64,000 nucleotides of DNA from assembly GCA_047967505.1 (NCBI GenBank), contig CM106538.1. One strand, 5' to 3'. The translations under genes were made by a program, and so were the position numbers. The notes under the pieces are model-generated. The model had not been told where the DNA came from, ran no database searches, and saw only the letters and a list, made by a program, of their open reading frames with translations. Positions 50,707 through 63,359 of this stretch are shown piece after piece; the first letter of the stretch is position 1, and each line of letters starts with the position of its first letter. The stretch comes from Dipteris shenzhenensis (lineage: Eukaryota).

Positions 50707-51247
50707 CATGACATTGTGGCACTTTTGAAATGAATGCCGAGGTGGCTCGTCGTCCATTTTGTTTTAGCCATTTTCCCCACCACGAATAGTTTGGTAGGAA
50801 AAATGACATTGTCAAGCATTTTGGGTTGAAAATGACATAGAGTCCACATTTTCGTCTAACAAGAATTCACTATGAAAACGTACATAAAGTATTATTAAGA
50901 ATTACGATAACGAGGTATTATCAAGAAGAATCTGAGACGTAGGATAAGCCTCATATTTTGAATGGCCCTAGTTACAGAAGAATGCTCAAAAGCTTGTAAA
51001 CACTTCACGTCTTGAGTTGCAAACAAACGCCATAGCCAGAGCTTGCAAGCTCCTCATTACCATTTATGCGGCCTTATTTGCAACATCTGTCCTTGCAACA
51101 CCTGATACGCCTGCGAATCACAAGAAGAAATGAAACGGCAAGCCTGCTCTCCCTGAGGAAACCACCAGGCTGCTCAACCGGCTAAAATTAGAGAACCCAA
51201 CAGGTAAATCATCTCTAATCAGCCCACAAATTGCTCCTTCCACCGAG

Positions 51248-52603
51248 CTAGAATTCAGCAACATCGGGTACAATCACAGGATATTGGACCAGACAATCCA
51301 GCCAAGGATTTTGCATTGAGCATTCCGACCTCCGCATCGACCTCCACACTGCGCTGAAGCATTTGAAGCCGCTGCCCAACCCCACTTGCCACACCTTATC
51401 TCCTCTTTTGATCCTTTGCATCGCCTCCAGATATGACAATTCATACCAAACTGAGGTGGAAGACGTGTTGCCAAACCTGTGTAGCGTCATTCTCGACGGT
51501 TCCGTGTCCTCTTTAGACAAGCGTAAATTCTTCTCCAGCTCCTCTATGACAGCTTTCCCTCCAGCATGTATGCAATAGTGCTGGAAGGCAAGCTTGAAGG
51601 CGGGCACGTAAGGCTGGACCTGCGCGTGAAACACCTTGCGAGCTACGAAGTTGAGCGCGTACCTGAGCATTTCTGAAACCGGCAACACATAAGGTGCAAG
51701 GGCTGTGATATTCTTTGTTAGTGCGTTGCCTGCAACCTTCATCAGATCTTTCGATAGGGCCACCCCAATAATGCCGGCCTCGTCTTCACCGTGAATGATA
51801 CAGCCAAAAGATTGATCGTCCGCTGCGGTATTCGTCCTCATGGTGTGTAAAAGAAGATATTTCGCGCGCTTCTTGTCACGGTTCCTATTGGACAGCAACA
51901 TAGCTGCACCGCCCGTTCTAAACAGACAGTTCGCTATGAGCATGGAGCGACGAGATCCCGTGTAGTGCCTTCCTGACATATTTTCGGAGCTCACCACCAG
52001 TGCGTAGGTGTTCTTATGCACCTGTAGCAACTGCTTGACCATGTCAATTGCTAGCAACGACGCAGCGCATCCCATACCAGACAAGTTGAAAGTTTTTATG
52101 TCCGTTCGCATTTTATACCTGTTCACCAGCATGGCAGAGAGAGAAGGAGACGGGTAAAACAAGCAGCAATTGACGACGAGAATACCAATATCTTGAGGTC
52201 GAACTGCCGTGGTGCGCAGCAGCTGATCGATCATAGAGAAGAACACCGTCTCCGATTCTTCCCTGGAGGGAACCATACCCTTCCTGCAAGGCACGTAGCG
52301 GAACGCGGGCGGCAAGGAGGTCTGCTCCCCGAGGCCGGAGTGCTGGAGGATTTTGCGCTGGAAAGACAAGGTGGAGTCATCCATGCCGTTGAGGGCGGAG
52401 TGTTCCATGAAGCCAGCGCTGGTGGCACGCCAAATATCGGGGGGGCGGAAGCAAACATAGTCGAGGAGGAAGACGGGCTTACGTTTGGAGGAGGAGAGGA
52501 GGAGGAAGAGGGTGAGAGCGAGGAGAGCGAGGAGGGGGACGGAGGCGATGGGAGGGAAGGAGGAAGAGAAGAAGAAGGAGAAGGAGAGGAAGCTTGGAGC
52601 CAT
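51248..52603 (-). CDS. KCS: 3-ketoacyl-CoA synthase (FAE1/KCS family, very-long-chain fatty acid elongase condensing enzyme), single exon, ~451 aa
   Basis: N-terminal hydrophobic segment then KPVFLLDYVCFRPP, SGLGEQT.LPP, FNLSGMGC (catalytic Cys, 52067-52069), HYCIHAGG (His), LHRFGNTSS (Asn), GSGFKC. First in-frame ATG at 52603, with an in-frame stop upstream near 52707. Confidence 0.96.
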   Translation of the reverse strand: MAPSFLSFSFFFSSSFPPIASVPLLALLALTLFLLLSSSKRKPVFLLDYVCFRPPDIWRATSAGFMEHSALNGMDDSTLSFQRKILQHSGLGEQTSLPPAFRYVPCRKGMVPSREESETVFFSMIDQLLRTTAVRPQDIGILVVNCCLFYPSPSLSAMLVNRYKMRTDIKTFNLSGMGCAASLLAIDMVKQLLQVHKNTYALVVSSENMSGRHYTGSRRSMLIANCLFRTGGAAMLLSNRNRDKKRAKYLLLHTMRTNTAADDQSFGCIIHGEDEAGIIGVALSKDLMKVAGNALTKNITALAPYVLPVSEMLRYALNFVARKVFHAQVQPYVPAFKLAFQHYCIHAGGKAVIEELEKNLRLSKEDTEPSRMTLHRFGNTSSTSVWYELSYLEAMQRIKRGDKVWQVGLGSGFKCFSAVWRSMRRSECSMQNPWLDCLVQYPVIVPDVAEF

Positions 52604-52930
52604 GAAAGAAGAAGAAGAGAAGAAGAAGAACAGGAAGAAGAGGAACGAGACGATTGAATGGAACAAAATAGAACTACAAAGAAATATAAAAGAAGATGAA
52701 GAAGACTAAGAAGAAGATGAAGTTATGAAGAAAGTAGTATGAATGCAGCAAATCTAACTACAAAGAAAACGAAGAAGAAGATGAAGCTATGAAGAAGAAG
52801 AAGAAGCTATAAAGAAGAAGAAGAAGAAGAAAAAGAAGAAGAACAAGTTATGAATGGACCAAAGTAGAACTACAAACAAGATAAAGAAGACGAAGAAGAA
52901 GATGAAGTTATAAAGAATAAGAAGACAACT
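52604..52930. repeat. (GAA)n-rich ~90-120 bp repeats x3 directly upstream of the KCS ATG
   Basis: TGAATG..CAAA.TAGAACTACAAA.A..A.A.AAGAAGA(T)GAAG recurs at ~52655, ~52740 and ~52850. Confidence 0.8.
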
Positions 52931-53439
52931 CTTGATAGAAGAAAATAGAACTGACTAAAGTAGTCCCTTTGCATTTAAGTCCTTTCGTTTTGGTTGTTGC
53001 CCCTCTTCAATTTCGCTTTACTGTCTCACTTCCTAACCCTTCTTCAATTTTGAGGGAAGTTGGACGAGTATGGAGAAAGAGGCACCCCCAAAACCAAAGA
53101 CACACCGTGAGCTCTAGCTGGCTTACCTCGTCAACAACCTTACCTCCTTCGACCCCCCCAGTGGCAAAATGTCTTTTGTCGCCATCAGGAGTTGTTGGGA
53201 TGCAAGAGAGATTTGGGGAGTCCGAAGTTTTTTGTTTTTTTGTGGGGTGAAAGTACATGCATGGTTTTGCTACATTTATGACAAGAGCCCAGTCGGTACA
53301 CCTCCTCCCTCTTTTTGGCCTAGGCCATAGTAATCGTTTGGCCTCCAAAGAGAACAATCAAGTATTTAATTATTTTTGAGTTCAAGTTTTTTTGGCATGC
53401 ATTGATTGAAGGAGCGTGTGAGTATCGCATGAAATTCTC

Positions 53440-53550
53440 CATCTTTTTCTCTCTCTCTCCTCTTCTTCTTCTTCATCCCTTCAAATCTTCCACTTTTTTC
53501 TCTCCGCCTTTTGCTCTCTCTCTCTCTCTCTCTCAGCTTGCAATTCGCCC

Positions 53551-53594
<44 letters not shown>

Positions 53595-53607
53595 TTGCAA
53601 TTCGCCC

Positions 53608-53652
<45 letters not shown>
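53440..53652. repeat. (CT)n microsatellites with duplicated CAGCTTGCAATTCGCCCC, upstream of KCS
   Basis: Seen directly. Confidence 0.9.
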
Positions 53653-53654
<2 letters not shown>

Positions 53655-54581
53655 CCTTTTCCGCTCACCATCTAGGGCAGGCCACATGAATGAAATTCAT
53701 CTTATTAATTAACGAGCTCCATCTCCTCTCCTATCTTTTCACCCTTGCCTCTCCTACCATTCTCTCCCTCTCCTTCTTAATGGGGATTACAGTGGTTTTG
53801 CCTCCTTGTCTAGCTAGCTCATACCCAAACTATAACTTTCCACCTTCATAGTTCCATTTTTCCTATACACATTGTATAAGCAAGTTACCATTTTTTCACC
53901 TTATCGAATGAAATCCACATGTTACATCCAAGTATGTGTTGTAGACTAAGCACCCATTAAATCCTTAGACGGTTTTTAAAATCAACGTTCCAATCCAAAT
54001 TCTTGACCAAATATAGTGTCTTTTTCCTTCAATAGAATCTCTATTGTGGTAGTATTGTCATGTGTGTTGGACATGTTTTTTATTGAGAGGTCATGCTGCT
54101 CTTGCGAAGCTCCATGACTTCTTTTTGGGATTACATATGATGTATGAAGAAGGCCATCCTCAATGCCACCAAAAAGGAAGGCTTACAACTTACTCATCAT
54201 ACAAGTGGCAAGACTTAGAATGCTCAACACCCATTCTCCACACAATCAATGGAATAATATGTCTAAATGGGATGATCAGGTGTAATAAGGGTTATCAATA
54301 TTAAGTTGTACGACCCTAATAGCGATGAGATTTTAAGTGACATTACAAGGGTCTTTAATTTTGGAATGAATTTAATGTCAAAGTAATTAAGACAATCCTT
54401 GGTTGCTTGAAAATGCTTCCCCTCTCATTCCTCCACACCCCATCCAACTTGGTTTGGTGCTCTATGCCCATGCATTTCGCTCCCTATGAGCTTCCTAACA
54501 GGACCAATTCCTCTCACCTTCGTAGTTTCATAGTAAAAGATTAAGAGGATTGTCCACATTGTGTTTTTTTTTGCCTTTAAA

Positions 54582-57432
54582 TGTTGGGAACTTTTCATGC
54601 CTTAGATTTAATGTTTACTTGAAATCTATCATTGTAATAAATCCATAGGAGGCTTCTTTTTACACCTTTCTTTCTTAACGTGGTCAATGAGGAGCTGCCA
54701 TGAAGAGTCTCAAATTATAGTGACTATTCTTGTTGGGAACTTTTCATGACTTAGATTTTAATGATCATTTCAAGCTTTCCATCTATTTAGTTAATAACTA
54801 TCATTGCAATAAATCCATAGGGGGCTTCTTTTCACAACTTTCTTTCTTAAAGTGGTCAATGAGGAGTTGCCATGAAGAGTCTCAACTAGTGACTATTCTT
54901 TTGTTCTCCAAATGTAGAACCACAGAAGATAAGACATGCTCATCATTGCCTTTCAAGTGGGCAAGGATTGTTCAATTATTACACCAACAATGAAGAAATG
55001 ACCTTGCAAAAGCGAAGTCTATTAAATTTGTCTTCATCAGATGTATCTCCGGTTGTGTGACCTACCCTTAAGAGCCTCCTCCCATGCCGCCATAATAGGA
55101 CAAATGATTGATTATACAAGTATGTGTAAAGCTAATATCATTCTTTCTAACAACCATTTTGAATCCATTCAAGAGGTTCCACCACTAAGAAACTCTATGC
55201 ATATGTGCATTTAAGCTATACATTTCAAGGGTGTAATGGCTATTTTTTAATACAACATGTAATTTCAAATTTCCTTTTGTGAATAGAGTTATGTGAAATC
55301 TCAATATTTAATCCTAATGGGTTCACTAAGAAATTTTTAACATAGCATGTGCATTCATTAAAAAGGGTTCTTTCATTGGAATTTAATCCAATTTGTATAC
55401 TGTTATACTAATAGAAGGGTTTTTAAAATTGTGCATTTTATATTCTTTCATTGGGATTTGATATAGTTTCATAATTGTTATACTAATGAAGGGATTTTAC
55501 ATTTGTGCTTTTAAAAATAACTTAAATAGATTATGAAAATTATGTTACAATATCTAAGTCAAAATACCTCTCTAAAATAAGGGTCTCCAGATGGCCCTTT
55601 AAAGACATATGAACTAAAAGGTAAGACGTGCTCTCATGAGGAGTAGGCCTTATTTAATTATAACAATAAGGAAGAAACGAATTTGTGAATGTAGCATCAT
55701 TTTTATTTACTATAAAGAACTATAGACATTATCATATGTGCTCTCCATCTAGTCCCCTTGATGGACCTACTCCCCTTGATGAAGGGGTTTAAAATTGTGC
55801 TTTTAAAATTGACCTCAATAGTTTATGAAGGGTAATGTTTATTTATGTCTATGTCAAAATACCTCTCTAAAATAGGGGTATCTAGAGTGTCCCTTTAAAG
55901 ACATATGAACTAAAAGGTAAGACGTGCTCCTTGCCTTAGGCCTTATTTAATGATTATACCAAGAAGGAAGAAACGAATTTGTGGATGTAGTATAGTTTTC
56001 TTTATTATCAAAGACTTTAGACATTATCTACTCTCCATCTACTCCCTTGATGGACCTATCTCTCCTATCTTCCTTTGATGTTACCTATCTCCAAGAGCAT
56101 ATCCCCTCAATGGGACCTATCTCCAAGAGCCTCTCCACTTGCCTTAAAAGGCACCAACACCATTGACTCTAAAAATTTGTAGATAGCTCATACCATCTAT
56201 TCTAGCTACCACTTTGAATCCACTAGAAAGGTCTCATAAAAAAGGAACCCTTTATACATTTGCATTTAAGCTATAAATTCTATGACTATAACACCTTTAC
56301 CTTTCTCGACCTATAAATTTAATTTTTATGTTGTAAATATAGGTATGTAGAATCTTCTTCAAGTTATAATCCCAAGAGTTCACTAAACAATATCTAAGAT
56401 AACATACATATTAATAATAAGGAGTCTTCTTAATGGGCATTTGAATAAGATACAATTTTTGAAATTCAAACTTGTGGAAGGCTTTTGGAAATTGTCTTTT
56501 GCAAAAACTCTTGAAGTTTATTTAGAAATAGGATAAAATACGCATGTAAAAGAAGGGTATTTCTGTTATCCCTTTAAATGCATGTGCTATCTACGTTTTC
56601 ATTTTACATAGCTACCCCCCCTCCCCCATTGGTTTTTTAAATTTAAAGTCTATGTATGTGCTATTTTTAGACTATGTAGTCCAAATTTCAAAATAGAATA
56701 TGGAAAAAGGAACAAGAAAGATGTTAAAAAATTGTGGCCAAGGGTTCCTCCTCATCCTGCTCCTCCTCTTATTCTTCCATGCTCCCACTCCTAGCTGGCT
56801 CGACTCCATGTACCTTCGATTAAGGCCATAATAAGGAGCCACCCTAAGTCCAAGAGAGTCACTGTGGACAATGCAATTCCATAACAAACATGAACTTCTA
56901 TAAAACATTAATATCTCTAAAGTGGAACACCTTCAAGGCAAATAAACAATGTGTTATTGATGTACTTCAACCATAAAACATTAATAGCTCTAAAGTGGAA
57001 CGTCATCAAGGCAAATAAACAATGTGTTGCAGTTATATTTCATTATGCATAAATCAGACCAATAATACCTCGAAGCATAGGCTAGTAGATTTATAAAACC
57101 CATATGGTCCATGGTGCACCACACCTATGTGCCATACTATTTCCAACTTGGAAACGTGACAATAGTACTCCACTCAACCAATTTAGAAACGTGACAATAG
57201 TATTTCCAACTTGGAAACGTGACAATAGTACTCCACTCAACCAATCAACTCTCCTACAAGCAAATCAAAGACAAAAAAATTAGTATTAGTTACTCTTATT
57301 ATAAGTTGCACAATAAAATTCAAAGCTCATCATTGAAATTACTTTGGATCAAGGCCATAATAAGTAGCCACCTTAAGTCCAAAAGAGTTGATGCAGACAA
57401 TGCAACAGGCCATAACAAACATGGACTTCAAT
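54582..57432. repeat. Cluster of local duplications (54582-54900 x2; ~55485-56060 x2; 56898-57030 x2; 57138-57245 x2; 56822-56900 vs 57351-57430)
   Basis: Each pair read directly from the sequence. Confidence 0.85.
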
Positions 57433-60400
57433 AAGAACATGCCATTGTAGATGTGTGGGCATTGCACAATGCTATCCACCAAAGGGAAGAAAGACCAAAT
57501 CAACTACCAAAGACTTAGATCTCCCTTTCTAACATACTCACATCCATTTGGCCTTGCAACCAACATATGCTCATAAATTTTTGCATATAATGGATTAATG
57601 GATTCTTCATCTGTGCTAGTAAATCTTACCCAATAGCAATGTTACAATGGTTGTAATGTAGTTGTGGTCTCTAAAAAGGGTGGCATCAACATATGCAGGC
57701 TCTTTCACATATAAAAACAAGGAGGCCTTTTTCAACAGTTGTTTTCCCCTAGCCACTGAGTTTAAAAGTTTGACTTAAATAAGGCTAAGCATGACCATAT
57801 GTCAACTTAATCAAATCTTGGGAACTCTATGCAACATGCTCATAAAAGAGGATGAGTCTTCATCACTGGTGTGCTTGGTAACCTGAAATTTCCTTCTCCC
57901 AATTTACAAAGCACCACCAACACCCTAAAACTAATACCAACATAATCAAAGTAAGTATTGTCAAACTTTCTACGTGATAAACACTTGTTTTCCTAGGGAT
58001 AGTGCCTTGCTCTCCCACCTTTGTGTGCTTATGCAACTCCTTCTCTCTCTCAAGAACATGGTCATGCTTCATATTAGTCCACCATGGCAAATTCTCCCAT
58101 CCCCACTTACTAAGGCTATGCATAGGGGGGGGAGACACATGCATGTGTCCCCATTGCTCAATATCACCCACTACCTAGCTAGCATAGGGATTGATGCTAC
58201 ATGACCCTTTCCCTCAAGTAAACAAAGAACCTACATGGCAATACCACCCATGGAAATTTTCCAAATTCCATAAAATGGAAATTCTTAAGTAATTTTAGAT
58301 TTTTGGAAGAGGGACCACTATGCATACCTTAACACAAGCATCTGTGTAGCCATCTAAACTAAATTAAGCTTCTTTAAGGCCAAAAATTTCCTCACTCCTT
58401 TCATTTTTCTTTGATCTACTCTCCAAAGGAAACATGTACTTTTGGGCCTCTATCTTGACCTCTCATAGTAACCATATGATGTACAATTAGTAGAAACACC
58501 AATACCCCCAAGGAGTTCGACATAATCCTATAGCAGCTATTGGAAAATTTGCCAAGTTTTGTCTAGCAAGCCTTCTCTTCTCAACCAAATGTATCATAGA
58601 GTAGACAATAGTACATAAGAATCAAACTTTTTTTTGTGTGATATGCAACATAACATATCTCTAAAAACCATCCCAACCCACTATGTCTAGACATGATCCC
58701 AGTAAAAGCCATAGCACCTTGTTTGTATTGGTGCATCATACATACAATGCAAGCATGTTCAACTTCTCTAAAGTGGCATAGCTCTCTAGATCCAACATAA
58801 GGGCCAACACTTTTGCTAGCCACTCATCTACAAGCCTTGGATCGATAATATTAAGGATCGAATCAAATAGATTAAGTTAGCAAGATGAAATGATAGGATA
58901 TCTAAATATTTAGCTTTAGAGTTTATAAGGAAAACAAGCACTTTCCTTTCCTATTATATCCCCATATTGACTAGCTAGTTCTCCAAGATCCACCTCCAAT
59001 TTTTGCAGTTCAACATTTGACATGGTAAGTGTTGCTTGCTCAAGCTTGATTCCAAGTTCTTGAGTTAACTCAACCTATTAAAAAAACAACAAGCCTTTTT
59101 AAAATTAGCAACGAACATGTTATGACCTATATTTTCAAACAATTATGAATAGGACTTACATTGTATACCAACTTGCCAAGGTATCTTCTTATACAAAGAT
59201 ACCATGGCTACCTCCCTTTGATGTGCTTTTTTAGTCATGTTGCAATGAGATGGCGACCAAAGCATGGGTATTCATGCTAATACAACATATAAAATCAAGT
59301 TAGCAAGATCAATGACTTTATAATGTTTCTCTCTTTCATTTGAAAACTGCTACTTTGTTGTAGCCAGCCACGGCATAGTACCATGATCCCCATCCAAACA
59401 TAAAAGATCCTATTTGAGAGCGAGTGAAAGTCAAATTGTGCCTAGACTTCTACCTCAAACTCATCATTTATGAATCACTAAATGGGGTCCAAATCTGCCA
59501 TAACATCAACATGCCATGACATTCGCATACGTCTTCTCCTCTTGCATGTCCGAACTGAGACAATAAATGCCCCTTGATCTTGGAGATACCCCTCTTTTCC
59601 AAATGCCACCTTCAAGCCTAAAATGCCATCTCATAATCTCTTACCTTTGCGTAAGGGATGGGCCTACACAAGGAAATAGGGGGTCGCTAAAAACATAAAA
59701 AAAGTCTAGTCCTCTAAAGTATATCTTCTCCCCTAGCCAAATCAAATCTATTCTCATCCATAAACTGATTCTTAGAAGGTGGCATATCAAATTGGACATG
59801 TATGGCACAATCTCCAAGCATGCCTCCTAAGGTGCAGGAGAGTGATCCAACTTTGTCTTTCATCTCTCATACATCAAAACACTCCTACATATTGATATAG
59901 GAGATAGATGAAACCTTCTTGATGATGTCCACCACCACTGAATAGAGCCCTCTTCTCTACACCATTTCCCAACCCCACTTGTCCTATTTGTTTCCACCTT
60001 GTTTTGCACCACTTGCAAAGCTAATTATCGACATGGGCATCATAACATGCATCAATTATAGACATAATTTTATTTTTTTTCTAGAACATGCTATCTCTAT
60101 TATTGTTTTGGGACTGTGTATATCTCCTTTAGGGAGGACCATCTTCTCTTTGAAACAATAAAATAAAGTGTCATTAACCTCTTTGCAAGCTAATTTAATT
60201 TGTATGCAATTTGTTCCCAGCCAAATTTGGCAAAAGTGCATAGAAATTCATTTTTTTTTAGTAACTCTTTCCCTATGGTTGCATGTAATTTGGCTAGAAA
60301 CAAATTTCATAGAAATGAAATTTAATTTAGTACCTCTTTCCCTATCGGTGCATGCAACGAATAAGAAAATTAATCTAAATCAAAAGGATTTGAGGAGGGG

Positions 60401-60958
60401 CACTAGAGAAATAGATGAGCCACTATGGAGTTTGTGATTGTTTGATTCTTTTACACCTTTTAATAAATGAGAGATACACCTCTTCATAGCATTTAGAATG
60501 CATGGACTTATCGCTATATTAAAGAATCAGATTTAATGGAGATTTAATGAATACATGTAAATCTTATAGTATTCATTACCATCTAGGGACACACAATACA
60601 AGGTTGCACTGTTGTGCAATGCAATGTTCAAACAAAGTCCATGCTCTTCCATTACTTTTTTGATCCATAAACATGATAATTTTGAGAACAAAATGTAGAT
60701 AAAATCCAACATTTTACTTAGATCAAACCACTTTTTTACCAAAAAGGCTCCAATTTGAGGTGTGCTTGAAGTCTCATATTGTAGATTTGGACACCTTGGG
60801 CATCCTTTTTTTATGTGTAGACTTTTGCATTTGAATTTCCATACCCACAATCTTAGAAGAGCCAATTCAAACATCATTACTGATTTATCATGCACCTCTA
60901 CAATCATATGACTATTTAACAATAGGGTGGAATAATTATCAAGAACTTAAGGGGAGTA

Positions 60959-61262
60959 TGTCATGTGCATGGACTTATCTGAGGTGTTCTTTAGGCACAT
61001 AGGACTAGGTTAGGAAGCCTAGGGAGGCTTGGGTCTAGGCAGGTGATTCTCAAGTTGAGGTACAAGGGCACGGATGGATTCGGATTCGAATTAGGACTTT
61101 TGATATTTTTAACAATTTTAACGAGTGTTTAACACATTGGGCTCGAGCCTATATAAGGAGCCTAGGGGATCAGCTTTTAGTGGGTATGTTAGAGCTAGTT
61201 CAGCACTTCATTGCCATTCTAGATCCTTGATCATGTTGTGAATGTGCCCGATCCATGTCCAT
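60959..61262 (+). repeat. Possible LTR
   Basis: Purine tract AAGGGGAG then TGTCATG; CCTATATAAGG TATA box near 61148. Right end uncertain. Confidence 0.4.
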
Positions 61263-61399
61263 GGGGAGCCACCTAGTGGTATGGGATACCAAGCTAGTTA
61301 GCATTTGGTTGGGAGATGTGCCAACAATCTTCACACTCTCTCCTAATGGGGACCCCTCCATAAAGCCAAATCCTCCAAGAACCCAAGAGAGTAAGACAT

Positions 61400-63000
61400 G
61401 GGTTCAGATCTGGGGCCACTCTGAATCCTTTCCGTGCTCCACATATCTTATGATTGTGACAGGCTGAAAGGAATGCCCAAGAGAATGTCATATGAAGGTT
61501 TACACAACCTGCCATCTGACTGAACATTAAAGACAACGGCATCCTCGTGTGCTCGTTGAAAGGCTATGACCTGAAGTGGAATGCCTATCCTTGAGAAAGC
61601 CCCCATCCAAGTAGAACAAACAACCAGCCTGTCATCTGTATCTACCAAATCCTCAGATTAGGCTGCATCGATTACTGCTCTCGTGTCTGCGGTGCCATCT
61701 AGCCCACTCTACAAAAAGTTCCTTATAGGCCTCTTGAGCTGACTAATGCAATCCAAGAAATGCACCCACACAAGCAAACATGCCACGCTATGGTCAGTAA
61801 AATTTGGTTAACAATTACTATCTCGGAGGCCAGATCCAGTTTAGGAGCTTGCCAGCCCTTCCTCAATATTTCCCCTTCCCACCCCTTCCCTAACCCCCCA
61901 ATTGGAGACCTACCATTCCCACCTCCTAATCCCTCCGTCATGTGTGCTTGCTTCCCTCTGCTTGCTTCCCACTCTCTCCTTATCACTCTCTCCTGTGCAT
62001 GCAAGATGTAGATGAAGGTGTATCTGCTTGATGTGATGTCCATGCATCTGCATGCCCACCTCTCGTCCTAAGGTCCTTCCTGGTCTAGAAATGTGACATT
62101 TCTTAAGTGGCTTGCATGGGAAGCTAAGAAGGGATAGAGATGAAGTAAGGTATATATAATGAGGAAGATGTTATCTCAAAGAAGCAAAGCATCATCTATG
62201 GCTATGGCTCCCTTCCAATTCTTCTTGTTTGTTTGTTGTGATTTTGCCTCTACATCTGCATGCTCACTTTGCATCTACCTCTTTCTCTCCCTCCTATTGA
62301 TGCTAGATATATATGACATTTCTTTTCAACATGTCTTGCAAGGGCCATGGAAACCTAAAGAATTTCCTTGTATTGAGGATGTTCACACACTAAGAGGTGC
62401 CCATCGTTGGATGGTTGATTGAACCAATAGGAGGTGATTGTTTTAACTATGGACGGGTAATAAGTGGGCATCTAATTACACACACATCACCCATGACCAA
62501 ACATTCCTCTCCTACATGCACTTTAGGTCTTATCCTTGGAAAGCCCTTCCATGGGTAGCCATGGCTGTGAAGATCCACATTGCTGTGATACAAAAGAGAG
62601 CAATTTTTACAGTGCGCCAGGACGCCATGCACCTATTTTGCAAGGTAATGCATGATTTTCACTACACCCATCGCCCTTAAATCATGTGACCCACGAGTTT
62701 TGGTGTTTCCATGTAGGAGAAGGCATCGATCAAAACATGGGAGAACTAAAACCAGACTTGGAAAAATGAATAATGCCACAAGAGACGTGCCAATGGGGAA
62801 ATTTCCAAAACTTTCACTTTTGATATTCACGAGAAGGCCTATTTTTCACTTTCGAAGTGGAATGGATACTAAGCCCTACCCCCTTAGGGGGCAGGCCCAA
62901 CAAAATTTCCTCCTCTCTTGTTCTTCTCCCTTACCAAGGGTGGAACATATTATCCAATTCCTCCTTCATCATAGTGCTAGCTCTGATACAAAAATGGGAG
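61400..63000 (-). pseudogene. Possible LINE ORF1 (DUF4283-like) relic
   Basis: TSLVALFI...P.F....MGVVKIMHYLAK loosely fits plant L1 ORF1. Weak. Confidence 0.25.
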
Positions 63001-63359
63001 AGCCTTTTAAAGGATTCCACCTGGAAGGATACCACTATCAAGCTACCTTGACGAAATCCAAAAAGTTCATGATCTTTTTTGGCCATCGAGACAAAGCTTG
63101 CAAAGCCTTAGGGCGTCTATGGCACTGATGCTACTTTTCTGTAGCCTAGAAGTCTAAAGTTAGCTATCTATACATACCTCCTCTTTGTAGTTTTTTTTCC
63201 ATTTAATACAATTTAGGTTTTTCTAAGCAAAAAAAAGATGAACAGGGTTCAGGTGGCCTGCCTTTTTTGTTTGGTTGCTGATGGTTTTTCCTCTTCTTTT
63301 TTTTGTGAAGAGGTTGTGCTTTTATTGCAAGCCTTTTTTGGGGGGGCATGGTTGAATTG

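Noticed and set aside
52604-52666. ORF-track start of KCS at 52666
   Set aside because: It is a TTG inside a repeat; the first ATG is at 52603.
50708-53350. KCS captured in a Pack-MULE
   Set aside because: The TIR-like sequence at 50708-50856 faces away from the gene, and I found no matching TIR or TSD on the other side.
57440-60220. Possible very old Copia relic on the minus strand
   Set aside because: Only faint motif echoes; I could not support boundaries or domains.
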